Shown here: positions 1 to 13,241 of the stretch, piece after piece
How the letters are laid out: each line of letters begins with the position of its first letter
Numbering within the stretch: the first letter of the stretch is position 1
Source: Auanema rhodensis
Lineage: Eukaryota > Animalia > Nematoda
Assembly: GCA_964057225.1 (NCBI GenBank)
Contig: OZ059896.1
Coordinates: 9,548,001 to 9,612,000 of the forward strand
Direction: 5' to 3'
Length of the DNA stretch: 64,000 nt
The notes under the pieces: model-generated
Told to the model about the DNA's origin: nothing
The model's input: only the letters and a program-made list of their open reading frames with translations
Database searches by the model: none
Program-made: the position numbers and the translations under genes

Positions 1-599
1 TTTGTTGTTTTTACGGATTAAAGGCGCTTCACTAAATTCCAGAAAAAGCATAGTCTACAACGCTTATGAACAAGCAAGGAGATGAACATCCGCAAACCAG
101 CAACTAGGCGGAGGCAATTTGCTTTTTTCCGTAATGCTGTCATCAGTTAGAAAAGATCAGCTCTATTCGCACTACTTAACAATGTTTTTCTTGTCTTTCT
201 ACAAACTCGAAAATGACAATCATTGCGCTTAAGCGCTTACGGTTCTGCCACATCTATCTAGATGGATGACGAGACAGAAAAGCTAGTACATACTTGAAGG
301 CATGTGATAATCCTATAGTTTTTGCTGAAGCATTATGTTGTACGAGCATTTTTTTGCAGGAAAAAGAAAGAAGACAAAAAGCATTTGAAGATGTCAAAGA
401 TACCACAAAACTTGGTGGCAACAGGACATCTATATGATGTTTGTCCAAGAGCCAAGTGTTTGTGGGAGAAGGGAAAAAACTGATAAACTATACGTAGAAA
501 AATATCCGATGCTTAAAGAAAATCATTTGAACATAACAATGAAAGTGAAAGAAATTATACGAAATGTATGAAAAGCTAGATGTATAATTCTCATGTTAT

Positions 600-3500
600 T
601 TCATGTAAAAGGAGAAAACGAGAAAGATACAGGGAAATTTTTGACGGCAGAACAATCCAAAAGAGGAACAAGCTAGCCAAGGCTAACTCCCACACCCCGC
701 ATTTACATATGTCTGTTCTGCTTGGAAACGGAAGAACTAGCTACACGGAGCGAAAAAGATGGATATGGAAAAGATGGATACAAGATGAAATTCTATGATA
801 CTGAAACGGTAGGTGACCTCGGAACACAACAACGTCTACTAAAGACCAGGTATTATGAGATAAATATATCAAACGGAAAAAAGTGAAATTTGATGAGGAA
901 ATGTTTATAAAATAGGGAAGAGCTACGAGATGCGTTATTGCATCATCGGTTTGGCGTCGTGCGTTGGTGCTGTTCCAGATGATAGTCTTCTTAGAATGTT
1001 TGTTGTGTCCTTCATGTGTGCATGCAAACAAGCATTCGCGCCAAAGCTTCTTCACATTGCTTCCTCTTCATCATCTTGCTATGCCCCTATTCATTCAAAT
1101 AATTCTCTGTTGTATTCATCAGAAGAAGGTAGCATTGAATTCAGAATAGTTATCAGAATAGAGTTAAAAAGGTTGCTATTAAGTGGAACCATGCTTTCAA
1201 CACTGCTATTTAGAGTAGGCTTCTTAATACAACTTCAGAAACTCAAAGTCAAAACCCGCATATATTCTACATGCGTAGAGTTGAAATGAATTCAAGATGT
1301 ATGCAAGAAATTATAGTATTTTGGAAAAGTAAAACATTATTTATCCGGAAGAATATACTTGAAGAGTTCTTCAAATTTTTTTCCGAAAACGTCTTATGTT
1401 GACCGTTGTATAACATCCGGTTCACTAAATGATTGCCAATTTCTTAAGATCGTTAGATGTGTACGAAACGAACAAAAAAATTGCAAAGCCAGACACTAAT
1501 GCACTTAGTGCCGATGAACGTTACACGCTGAACGAGTGTATTACCAATTCTACAGAATAGAAATATAAAATTATGAGGATAATAGTCTATATAGATAAAT
1601 AATCTGTTGAAGAAGGAAATGATGCTGATGAAGAAGATGATGAATGAAATATCGTGTGGTTTTCAGAAAATGAGGATAACGATGTAGAGAGACATAGTCG
1701 GAACCTCATCTGACGACTTCAACGTGTGTTTGATGCGCAATTTAGATAGGATTAAGAGAAGTTACTAATATCTAAAAACATGCAATATAATCCTTAGACA
1801 AGAGGTTGAAAACGAATACAGGCGGAGAATTATGCCGATTTGACGTAAAATTCTTTACTAAATGAAGGGGCAAATTAGGATATTCGACTGAAAATCTCAA
1901 AAGGTAATGAGGTTATATCGAGATTTGAATGTGTTTTTAGTCGTATTGGTCAAACATTTGAACGAAAAAATTGTAAAAAAAACATAGCATGAACGTTTGT
2001 TTTGGAAGTAGAAGATATGGAAAATGAAGCAGAACACTCCAACGTGAATAAGAACTTGTCAGATGAGGGATGTGAGCTGTATAGATTGATGACGAAAGGA
2101 GGACAAAAAGATGAGATGATGGTAGAAGAGGTGATGATGAGATATATAGTAGAAACAGGCAGCAATATAAGGATGACGAGAATGATAATAATAGAAGAAA
2201 AAACACTTCCACTATAAAAAGATTCAAACAGGACAAAACGAAAACGTTAGCTTTTCAATCGACTTTTCGAAAAAAAAAGCGACAAGACGGGAATGAACAA
2301 CAGGTCGTATGGGCACAGTATGTAGAACCTTCAAATTTGAATTGGTATGAGGAAGGCGAAACACACAAACTTGCCATGTATATGGGACATTAGTATTTGC
2401 AAGCTCCTATCGTGGTAAAAGATTTCAATATTTCGTCTTGGGAAAGGCAAACAGGTACTTCAGACATCAACTGCTTTCTATGCCAATTTTGAATAATTTT
2501 GATGACAATACAACTAATGAAGCATGAAAGCAAACGATTCTTGAACGAAAAAACTTAAGATGAAAAGAAAAATTCTGTAAAACTTGTGAAGAAAAGACCC
2601 AAAACTAGAAAGTAGATGAATTAGTCTTTAGGTCGAATATAACAAGAAATTGTTGCTTAATGACTTGACTCAGCCTCATAGGGGTTTTTTTCCCATTAAA
2701 TCTAAGAAGATGACAAAAATCGAAGGATAGTCAATGAAAATGCCATGGAAATAAGTGAAAACCTTTTTGAAGATTTCATGCAACAAAGGTTAGAGCATGA
2801 CAGATATTTTGACGAATTAATGGACAATTCGGATGATTTTTGATTGGAAAAGCCGGCTAATCAAAAAGAGAAAAAAGAGACGAAATGTGTAAAGAAACGA
2901 ATAAATTACTCGAATACAGTATTACAAATGGATAGGAAAGAGAGACAAACTGTTCATGCGAATGTAAAATACGGTTGAGCAACCGAAAAAAAAATGAAAA
3001 GAAACAACTAATAGTTCAAAATGCTATTTCATAACAGTTTCTCATTCATTTGAGGAAATAGAAAGAAATATAGAAATTAAATAAATAATATCGAGGATAA
3101 GCAAAATATTGTGGTTTTAACTATGAAACTATGGAAGGACTGGATGAGTAAAATCCCGTTTTTCGACTAGCCATCACGTGAATAAGAAAGAAAATTAGGC
3201 ACTGTCCAACGATTTAGACACATTGATTAAAGGTTTTTTTTATGTGTTGCTGTGTCCAGTAAAAGATGGCTGTTCCTCAAAAAAATTGAAAAGGATGTTT
3301 ATGTGTCCTTGAAAGGTATGTTAGGCTTGGACTGCTATATGGAATGTCTAGGAAACAGAGACAACAATTTGACGATGGCACACAAGATGATGTTTGAAGG
3401 TTTGTTGAGGAACGTCAGGGTAACGTCGGAACTCATGTATACGGGAAGCACGTCTAACGGATTTAGAAAACAGAGCGGAAGTGACAACAAGACCTGTTAG

Positions 3501-3620
3501 AAGATGACGGAAGGTGTTTGAGAAAAGGCAAAGAAGGCGTACGCGTTCAGGGCGTTATGATGATCAGAATTCTGAGTGTCATGATCATACATAAGTATTT
3601 TTTTCTCCAAAGATCAAATA
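600..3620 (+). mobile_element. Highly degenerate BEL/Pao LTR retrotransposon pol remnant (protease/RT/RNase H/integrase)
   Basis: Motif remnants lie in BEL order across broken frames. KFYDTETVG (~790) resembles FWxxExIG. HYL...SLNDC is in one frame (1335-1436). ALSAD (~1500) resembles ADIEKAF. TLVFAS plus ISIFRLG (~2387-2442) resembles LxFAKS...SIPRLE. Integrase-like RFRHID, FMC, YME and SGRYD fall in ~3210-3560. Many stops; boundaries approximate. Confidence 0.6.
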
Positions 3621-5494
3621 AGGAAAGGATGGCAATACAGATGATTAATTCGATGACAGTATTGAGTAAAAAACAGTTTTGACGTTTGAATATATTCGTT
3701 TATATTCAAGAATGAATAGAGTATAAAGAAAAAAGAATTAAATCTTTTTATTTAAAAAAGTTTTACTATAATATATATATATATAAATGTATATATTATA
3801 TATTATATAAAATAAGTTGACCTGAACGATAAAGAAAATGGATTGGCCGTGAATTGTAGAATAAGAAGAGGAATGAATATAGTGAATACGAGGAAACAGA
3901 ACAAAGACATCAAAAAAAGAAATAAAAAGATACAGAAGCGAAATATGTCGTCCATATTTCTTATATTACTTTTTTCTTTAGAATCGTTAAGATTCTGATA
4001 ATGTTCACCTCAACGTAGGCTGTTTTCATGATTGTTATGAGCAATGATGTGTGTCATCGTTCATTTGTTTTCGAGATAATGCATATTGCAAAGTGAGGTT
4101 TGCAAAAGTTGCTAATATCAGAAAACTTAATTGAAACATATTTGAAATCAATTATGACTTATAATAATGATTTGTATTGCATATATATTGATATAGACAA
4201 TGAAAAAAGTAACACAGAATAGCAACTACAGTCATTAATTAAATCGTAAACTAGACGAAGTAACTGAAACTGTTAAAGATAATCATTTGGAACCAAGAGA
4301 GATCTAGAGAATTCTCAATAGTATATACAATTGTATGAGAGAATTTGGATGCTTAGTTAACCGGTTACAATACGATTAAACTAATGCACAGCTTCATTAA
4401 TTGAATGTATAGTTCTAATAATCAAATATATAAAAATTTTTTAGAATTTGAGTAGATGGCAAAAAGAAAATTGTTGATGTTGCAAGTATAGAAATATGAA
4501 AAGTAGATTCAACAGTTTTGTTGGCCAATAATTGATAGATAATGATGAATCAGAAATTGTAGACTTATATTATAATTGAAATTAATGAATCAAGCAGAAG
4601 CATTGTAATAAAAATGTTGAAAGTTGTTTAATCTTCGTATTTACATTCATATGTTATTAAAATTTATAATAAAATGTGAGATTAAACTATCGTATAGCCA
4701 TAGAGAAAGGATGTGCTGAATTAAAGATTATAAGAAGTTCAACATGTTCCAAAAGAAAACTATAGCTTACGATGGCTATAAAAGTGTTTTAAAGAAAAAA
4801 CTATCAAGATAATCAGATTATTGATATGTCATAAGCGATTTCATAATAGAGGTGAATCAGATGAATATACTTCAAGATGTATATGTATAAAATGACAAAG
4901 AATATGTTGACGTTATAGTAAGAAAGTAAGGATATATGTCTGCTTTGGAAGATGGACCAGAATCAGATGAGAAGTGAGTGAGTGTCTCGAGAAATGAAAG
5001 TGAAACATTCCGTTTTTTTAGCAGAAAACAAGAGCGGCTAGGTGAGGTCGTGGTCGAACAAGATTCTACTGACTTTCGCGAGAATTGAATGAAAACAATT
5101 GTATTACGGCTGTTCGCTAGAGCGAAATTTGAGATCCATTCCTGGTCCGATGCTTGATGGATGGTCAGTACCGTCACTATAACACTATTGAATTCTACTT
5201 CTGCGTTAGAAAGCTTGAGAAGATCTCAATATTTTAGCACATAAATCAAGAAAAAACCAGCTAAAAACCTAACATAACAGCGACAGAGATCGGTTCATGC
5301 TTTTTAAATTATAACAAAGTTAAGTTAAACAAATTGGCAATATGAATTGAAAAAATCTGCTTGAATATATATGCGCGTGATAGAGATGCTTAGTGGAATG
5401 ACGCTAAGGTAGAACGAACATGCGTGAAGCAAGTCAAGGACATCGAATTATAAATTATCTGATATAAGCATATAATTAGATTCACATAGATTAC

Positions 5495-5725
5495 CTGATG
5501 CGAAAAGTGTCTAAGAGAATGGTCAAGCAGTGCTTGTGCACTGTTATTTCGTGACCTTATGTTCAAGAGGTCAGAATAGTCTACAAAAAAACTGAAGACA
5601 AGGCAGGTGAACCATGTATAATAGCTATACAATAAGGTTACTTCCTGACCGCCTTCTCAATAGATGCTCATTTGATTGCATATTGTAGAAAAGAGATTGT
5701 TGGTTCGTGTGCTCTAGTCGTAATT
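5495..5725 (-). CDS. Two candidate coding exons (5642-5725, 5495-5580), possibly 3' exons of the gene at 9358-19076
   Basis: Phase-compatible exon pair around a 61-nt GT-AG intron, reading LRLEHTNQQSLFYNMQSNEHLLRRRSG-N-YSDLLNIRSRNNSAQALLDHSLRHFSHQ. The linking exon to 9358 and the stop codon were not identified. Confidence 0.4.
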
Positions 5726-7337
5726 CTAATTCATTATAAAGTCTTTCTCTCCTTCTTTCTCTTAACCTTTTTTTGTTCGTCTCTACATCTATTCTCTCAC
5801 ACCTTTCTTCATTATATTCCTAACATATTCCATATGTGACCAGACTGTATGGCAATCAATATATGCAAAAGCAAATAATTGGAGTAAATCTACAAAACAA
5901 AAGCTATTGCAACCTTATGTATGTATATCTTTAGCATTTTCATTAAACTCAAACTAAATGAATAAGGCAATAAGAAAATTTCAAATATTCGACGAATATT
6001 AGGAATTATCAATAGAGAAGGAGATAATTTGGAGTGAAAACGCTATTTATACACAAGGAGATACTTATATATAGGAGAGAAACGAAGGGAAAGGTAAAAG
6101 CAATGAGGTTGAGTGACGCTTAAACAGATCTTCAAGGGTCCAACCAGCGGACAACAAGCATAGAAGATACGGACAACTTGCTCATTCGATAAGAGCAGAA
6201 GAAGTATGTTAGAAATCCTATTAGAGTTTTCTGTGTCACTTTAACTTCTCTCAAACCACTCAATAGCTTTCTGGGTCTTACAGAACTACAATCACATTTG
6301 AAGAAAACTGAGCATATGTACATAGGTAAGATGAGAAGATCAGTATTGAAGGTATAACCCCAAAACCTTTTTTTTAGAAAAGTTCTTCAAAGAAATAAAG
6401 AAAACAAATGGTTTTGTAATAAAAGCATTGTCACTAAATGTGTTTTGATTATAAGAATAGTAACATAAGAAATGAACAAAAAACTGTCGGAGCTTGGGTT
6501 TGGTTGGCATGGAAATAATGGGAAGAGCGGAACAGCAGATGCATGCTATTGGCCTAATGCTCTAAGACCTTTCTGTCGCCAAAAGATAACAGGATAGCGA
6601 AAAAGGTAGAATAGAGAAAAAGAAAAACAAAGAAGAACTAAGAGAGTGTATTAGACTGATCATCAATATACAATAGTGAAGACGTGTAATATGATATGAA
6701 GACGGAGTGAGAAAAAAAGAAAAAAACTGTCATTGGCAGATGTATAGAATGAGTGGACAGACTGACCATCAACTAAACCAAAAATAGACAAATGTTAGAA
6801 ATGAATTCAAAATAAACTTTTTACAACAAAAACAGTTTGTATAGTATATGAAAGATACATAATCATATAATATATAGTTAGTTCACAATATATATTATAT
6901 TATATAGATATAGATATAAATAAATATGAAAAGAATTGATGATATGAATCAACAACTATTTTCACAGGATGTGGTTGCAAAAAAAAAACTTAATATATTC
7001 GAAATTGCACATAAGAATTGTTAGTGAATATGAAATGAAACCGTACAGATTTCGAGAGAAATCGTCACAGAACGTAACGATACTGCAAAACGGTTAAGCC
7101 GAAAGCAAACGAAAGATCTGACACCTGGTTACGAGAGAAACTAACCCACGAACATATAGATATTATATGATATAATATTATATATATATAGAGCTAACTA
7201 ATTAATAACATTTTAACAATTAAAATATAGTGTAATATAGAAGAAATTAAGAGAATAAATGTGGTAATTAGGATATGTAAGAGCTTAATATATCTCAATA
7301 ATAATATCTAGCTAATTGTCTCCTCATCAACATATAA

Positions 7338-7339
<2 letters not shown>

Positions 7340-7368
<29 letters not shown>
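7340..7368. repeat. (GA)n microsatellite
   Basis: Perfect GA dinucleotide run. Confidence 0.95.
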
Positions 7369-7370
<2 letters not shown>

Positions 7371-9193
7371 TAGAAAGTAGAATAGTGTATAGTATGTGAT
7401 AGGAATGCTGACTTGAAGCATTAATATGCTCTCTATACTATTTGAATTCTCAGTTGTTTAATCTTACTGATGGTCAACTATGTTGTGATTCTTGTCACAT
7501 TCACATCTATGAATGCATATGTGATGATGATGGTCATAGCATATATACCTATATGCTAATTATCTTACAACAAGGCTGTAGTGTAAGGTTATAATGACTA
7601 AATAGATTGCTCAATAGATATAGAACCTTAATTCATATATATATATATAATATATAATACATGATTGGTTTAGAAAAGCTATGCTTTCATGAAATGCTCA
7701 AATCGTAGTATTGACAAAAGAAAAAATGTGTCGTGAAAATGACAAAAAGAACCGGAAGCATTTCATGATTCGTTTCTGTCATCCTGAATTTTCCTTGTAG
7801 AAGAAATCAAGAAAAACTATTTCATGGAAAGCTGTAAGAATCTTATTTAGTTCAAAATAAAATGTAATTCAATAATGATTTTCTAGATTTTAGTAAGACA
7901 AATTGGATATTATGGGGAAGAAAACCGTTGACAAAAAATGAAATGGCCAATTTTTTACGTTAATTGGAGAGTCTTAATTCCTTATTTGATGGTCAAATTG
8001 AAAATGAAATTTTTTTTGTGTCTGAATTCCCCGAAACCAATATTGAAATACATGAGATTATTAAAAAAAAAATGTATAAGAGCGTTTGCAATTTGATATA
8101 TATCAAATAGAAGAAAATAAAATATGTTAAAACTAACACTTGATGAACAGTTAAAGTGGAAACTGTTCATATATTCTTCAATCTTTGTTCCGATATTCAA
8201 GAAAATATCTTATTTATTTAGATTAACTATATACAATATTCAAATGTTTGCATCATTCCAAACTACATTCGCTACTTATAAGAATAGATTTTAAATAGAA
8301 ATGTATGAATGAATCAGATTTGAGTCAAACTAAAAAAAATTTAGTACGATAGAAGTGCACAAATTTTTGCTATAAATAAGCTATACAAGTCCAAAAATAG
8401 CTGATGTTGTTGTACTTGTACAATTCAATATTGTAATTCTATATGTTGTATAGATTCATCAAGCAAAGTTCACGCTTGTCTCTCTAAGTTGATGGAAATA
8501 GTTGAAAATGAGAAATTTAATAGAACATGTTCAAGTTAAACAGATATTCTTAACTTGATCATTTTGATTTATTTCAAAAGTGAAAAGTATGCTGAATAAA
8601 GAGTAGAACAAGAAGATATATAGATAAAACAAAGTTTATAGAAATTAAACAGAGAAAAGGTTATGAGAAGAGAAGAGAATTAGAATTCACAAAGCGGGTA
8701 AACATGCTGAATACTCATACTGTTCAAGGTTCAGCACCTTTTACAGCATCTATCGCTATCTCTTTTTCTCTTTTCAGTAGTTTAAGCAAGTGACTTTTCC
8801 TTCTTCTTCTTCGTCGTCTTCTTGAGTGAGCGTAAACGTGCTCACAACCATTTCTGCCTGTTCGCTTTCATCCTCGTCTCTATGTATTTATACGGTCCTG
8901 TTTCTTTCACAACCTCTTATAGAATTGAACAATCTCATTTCAATCTATCTCTCCGTCTGTACATCGTTAACTTTTCTCTTCAAGCGGTCTCTCTGTTTGA
9001 GAGACTAACGCGATATTGACTTAATTGTTAGAGATATTAGATATTGCATTGCTCCAAACGAGAACGCTAAGGTAGAGCAGGAAAATAAGAAAGGCGAAAG
9101 AAGAATATAAAGGTAGAAAACATTGAGTGAGGAGAAATAACACGAGAAATAGTGGGACGGAAACGGAAACAGATAGATTATATGTATCTATGA

Positions 9194-9197
<4 letters not shown>

Positions 9198-9261
<64 letters not shown>
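9198..9261. repeat. (GA)n microsatellite, ~32 units
   Basis: Perfect GA run. It produces the SLSLSL stretch in ORF 9021-9401. Confidence 0.95.
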
Positions 9262-9266
<5 letters not shown>

Positions 9267-9357
9267 CTTATAGATATATCGGTCTGTCCAAATGTTTTTT
9301 TTACATATTTGCATCTTCTTTCTTTTCAAGTCCGAAACAATAAAATAATTGTCGTAC

Positions 9358-12300
9358 CTGTGATCTTCTGCTGGGCAAAGTGCCATAGTTGTTGTCATCA
9401 TGTTGAAAAATGGACCTTCTCTGTTGAAACTGTCTTGAATATCTGGGTTCTAATGTGGCGAACCGTCTGAAATTATTGAAATGAGTTGAATAAAGAGAAG
9501 TTTTAACCTTTCTTCTAAGCAAGTTGGATATCCATTGTTTTTATTACGTGATACAGTAGCATAGTCATTGGGTACATAATTCCATTGAGGAATATTTTGT
9601 AATCCAACATAATTCGAAGCTAAATAGAAAACAAAATAGAAATTTATTGTATAATAAAGATAAAAAAGAAAAAATTAATTAATTTTATAAAGAAAAACAT
9701 ACAATTATGATGCCGAGGTAATGTAAAATCCAAACGATTTGGATTAATCATTTCGTCGCAAGACTGATCAGAATTGATCTGTAAAATAGCTGATTTTGAA
9801 GTATAAAACAAAAAACAAAGAATGCTTTTTTGGAAGAAAAATTCAATTTTTTGTAATTCGTCATACAATAAATGTCAACATTACTCTTAATATCTTAAAA
9901 TTACATGTTTTAATTATTCATGTGACTAGTTATACACACATACATGCCCACATATAATATACAAACAGGCGCATATATAAGCATTAAAAAATTTTTATAT
10001 TTGATTAATTAATTATTTAAAAATAATCAAAAGTTTTCTTATAAATATCAACAATTATAATCAAATATAAATAATATAAATAAGCTTTTAGTTGAGTTAA
10101 TATGTTTAATGGATGACTAATACTCACATGAGGTGTACTGTAAACTTCTGAATCAGAACTTATGGCAGGTCCTTTTTCGTAAGGTTGAAGCTGAAAACAA
10201 ATTGATAAGTTGATAATAGAATGAACTTTAAATTGATAAAAATTAAATTTTGTAATTTTAGTAATATTTTCTATATTAATATGATATGATCTATGAATCT
10301 GATACAAATAACAATAATAATTTGAACTTTTTACGCAAAGTTTAACAAAAATAACAAAAAAAAATCTAAAAAGAAAAGAAAAAATGAAAAAGAAAAGATA
10401 ATAAGAGTCATCAATATTAGTTGGAATAGTTTTCTGTTCATCACATACACTCAAAAAATGATAAAAGAAAATATACCATTTTGCAATATATTTATAATAA
10501 TAATGTCAATAAATATGATATTGAAATGAGTTTCAGGATACAAAAAACTATCATCAAATCTGACATTGAGCAATAAGCAAAAGAACAACTAAAAGAGATG
10601 AGTATAGAATAGATATGCATGTAGGAATGATTGTCAAAATGAAAGGTGGGAAAGACACAAAAAAGCGTAGGAGAACCAAGTGAAAAAGGACAAATTCAAT
10701 GACTAATATGCTTATCGTTTGGTATTCAGCAGTTTTGAGCGTCTGTTATAGAAGATACATAATATAGTTAATCAGATAGAAATAATAATAATGAAAATAT
10801 TATTGAATAGTAAGGAAAAAATGAATAAAATATATATTTTAATAAGTATATATGTATATGCATATTCATATATAACTATGATATACTTTAAAAAAAGTTA
10901 TTAAAAACTAGATAGATTATACAGACAATTTCTAGAATTACTCTGAGATGTAATATAATTAAAATAAAGCCGAATACAAGAAAAATGAACAGATTGATCT
11001 AGTAAGATGTGAAAAGAATTGTCGAAAAGTACAAAAAAATGAAGAAACTTACATGTTGTTCATCGTAAGCATGTATAATACCAGTTGAATAATGCATTTG
11101 GACAAGTAATTCGTACTTTATATTGATCAGTAGGCAATTGGAAGAAAGGAAGAAGCAAATAGTATAATAGTTCCAGCTTTAGCTCTAACAGTAAAGCTTG
11201 ATACAATACTATCTTGTCGTCAGAAAACAAATATAATGATAGTCGAATCGTCAGTTAAAAAAATAGTCTCTTGTAGGGACTAGAAAGGATTGACAAGCAA
11301 AGACAGTGATCAGGAGAAGCTGATAGTGAGAGCCTCAAAGAGAAAGAAAACATAAGAGTAGCCTTTTTGAAACCCTCCTTCGATGATGCAGACCATTTGG
11401 ATAGTTAAAATAGAAATGAAATAGCATATAAAATGATGAAGATGTGAAAGAGAAGCGCCAATGATAACAAGGACACCTACAGAAAAGTAAATAAAAGTTT
11501 TTAAAAAAAGACAAAAATGAAGAGAAGATTTGTTTTAGATTGAATTCTATATTTGATGTTCTATGTTGAATACTTAATATAAAATTGATATATTTTGACG
11601 TAATTGACAAGCTACAACAGTTTCAAAAAGATCAATTTGTTCTTCTTTGTTAATACTTCAAAAATGTATCAAATTCAATCAAAATATTGAATATAGTTAA
11701 GTGAAATTCTTAAATTGTAAATGTTTTTTTAGAATTTGTCAAAATCATTGTGATTCATATATGATCAATATAATATATTATAATAATATATTAGCCAAAC
11801 TAGCTTATGACAAGTAATAAAAGGTGCGAAAACTTTAAAGAAAGATGGAAGTTTCTTCAAAATTGAATGCTAGTCGTTGATTGTTGAAGAAAATCAAATG
11901 ACAGTATCAAGAACGACTATCTTGCCTCATTATATATTGATGATGAATATAAAAATAACGAAATAAAATGGTTATGACAAGAAAAAATTCAAATAAAGAT
12001 ATAAGTGAAGAAAAGAGAAATAACAATTGATATAATAAAAAAAACTATTATATATATTGAAAGTAGGAAATATAAGAATATTACAAGTGTTTAAAAGCGA
12101 AACAAAATGAACTTATAGACATTGACAATCATCTAAAGTGTCATCAGAACAGCCAATTGATAGATTTTGTGTTCAAAAGAGAAAAGCTAAAACTCACCCA
12201 AGCTACTCGTTCAAGTCCTTCTCTAACGGTGACCTTCGATGTGCGTCGAAGTATTCGGGCTTGTCTTGATGTTGGAGCAGGTACAGGCTGAAATGACAAG

Positions 12301-13202
12301 AGAATATTCAGAAAAAAACTATCAAGAACAAGATACAACATGAAATGAAAACATACTTGAGGCTTTCGATGAACTAATTGAGAATTCTCGTTTTTCCGTG
12401 GCAAAGTAGCAACAGCCGTTGGATACACGGAGCTTACAGATGGAATCTGCTCTAATGAAGCGCTTCGATCTGAAATATTCTTTATTAAATTAAAATTAAA
12501 CAAAAAAAAAAGGAAAGTTGGTGCATATTGGTACCTGAATTATGCATCAACAAGAATAAAAACAAAAATGAGTTAAAATGTGTTAAACCGTATAAATTGT
12601 CTTAAGAAAAGGGTTATATACGATTTTAAGTGGTCATTAAAAACAAGACCGGAGAATAGGTAAATGAAAAATTGATAAAACAGATTGTATGTGAAGAAAA
12701 AGGAAGAGAAAATAAGAAGTTCATGATCAGTAAGCGGAGAGAAACAATGAATTCAGAAAAATGAAATATGACTGTAATTATCTTCAAGTTCATTCCATGA
12801 AATGATATTGAAGAAATAGTATTATAGTTAATTTATGATTATTATATTTTAACAAAATAAAATAAAAACTTTTTTTTTTCTTTTTGAATCAAAATAGTTT
12901 TTGTTCGTTTGGAAAGTGTCAAATATGATATAGAAAAAATGTGTCATCCATGTAGATTTGAGAAGAAAGAAATATAAAAAATATGATCAGATAAAGCAAG
13001 TGGATAACTATAGAGAGTTAAAACAATGGAGAGTGAGGAAGATAGAAAGATAAAGTTGAATGATAGAGAGAGAAAAAGAAACTGTCTTGAACCGTAATGA
13101 CATGTGCATCAGATCTAACATCACAAAAGATTCCGAGAAATTCAGTTCTACTCTATTGATCTCAGTAGAATAAAGAATGTTTAAGAACTTTAAGGGAAAA
13201 AT

Positions 13203-13241
<39 letters not shown>

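Noticed and set aside
1455-1500. RCVRNEQKNCKAR resembling a FLYWCH/MULE zinc finger
   Set aside because: It lies between the BEL RT motifs SLNDC and ALSAD, so decayed RT explains it better.
9021-9401. ORFs with SL repeats or hydrophobic runs (also 16921-17232, 54126-54524, 62712-62996)
   Set aside because: Products of GA microsatellites or T-rich non-coding sequence.
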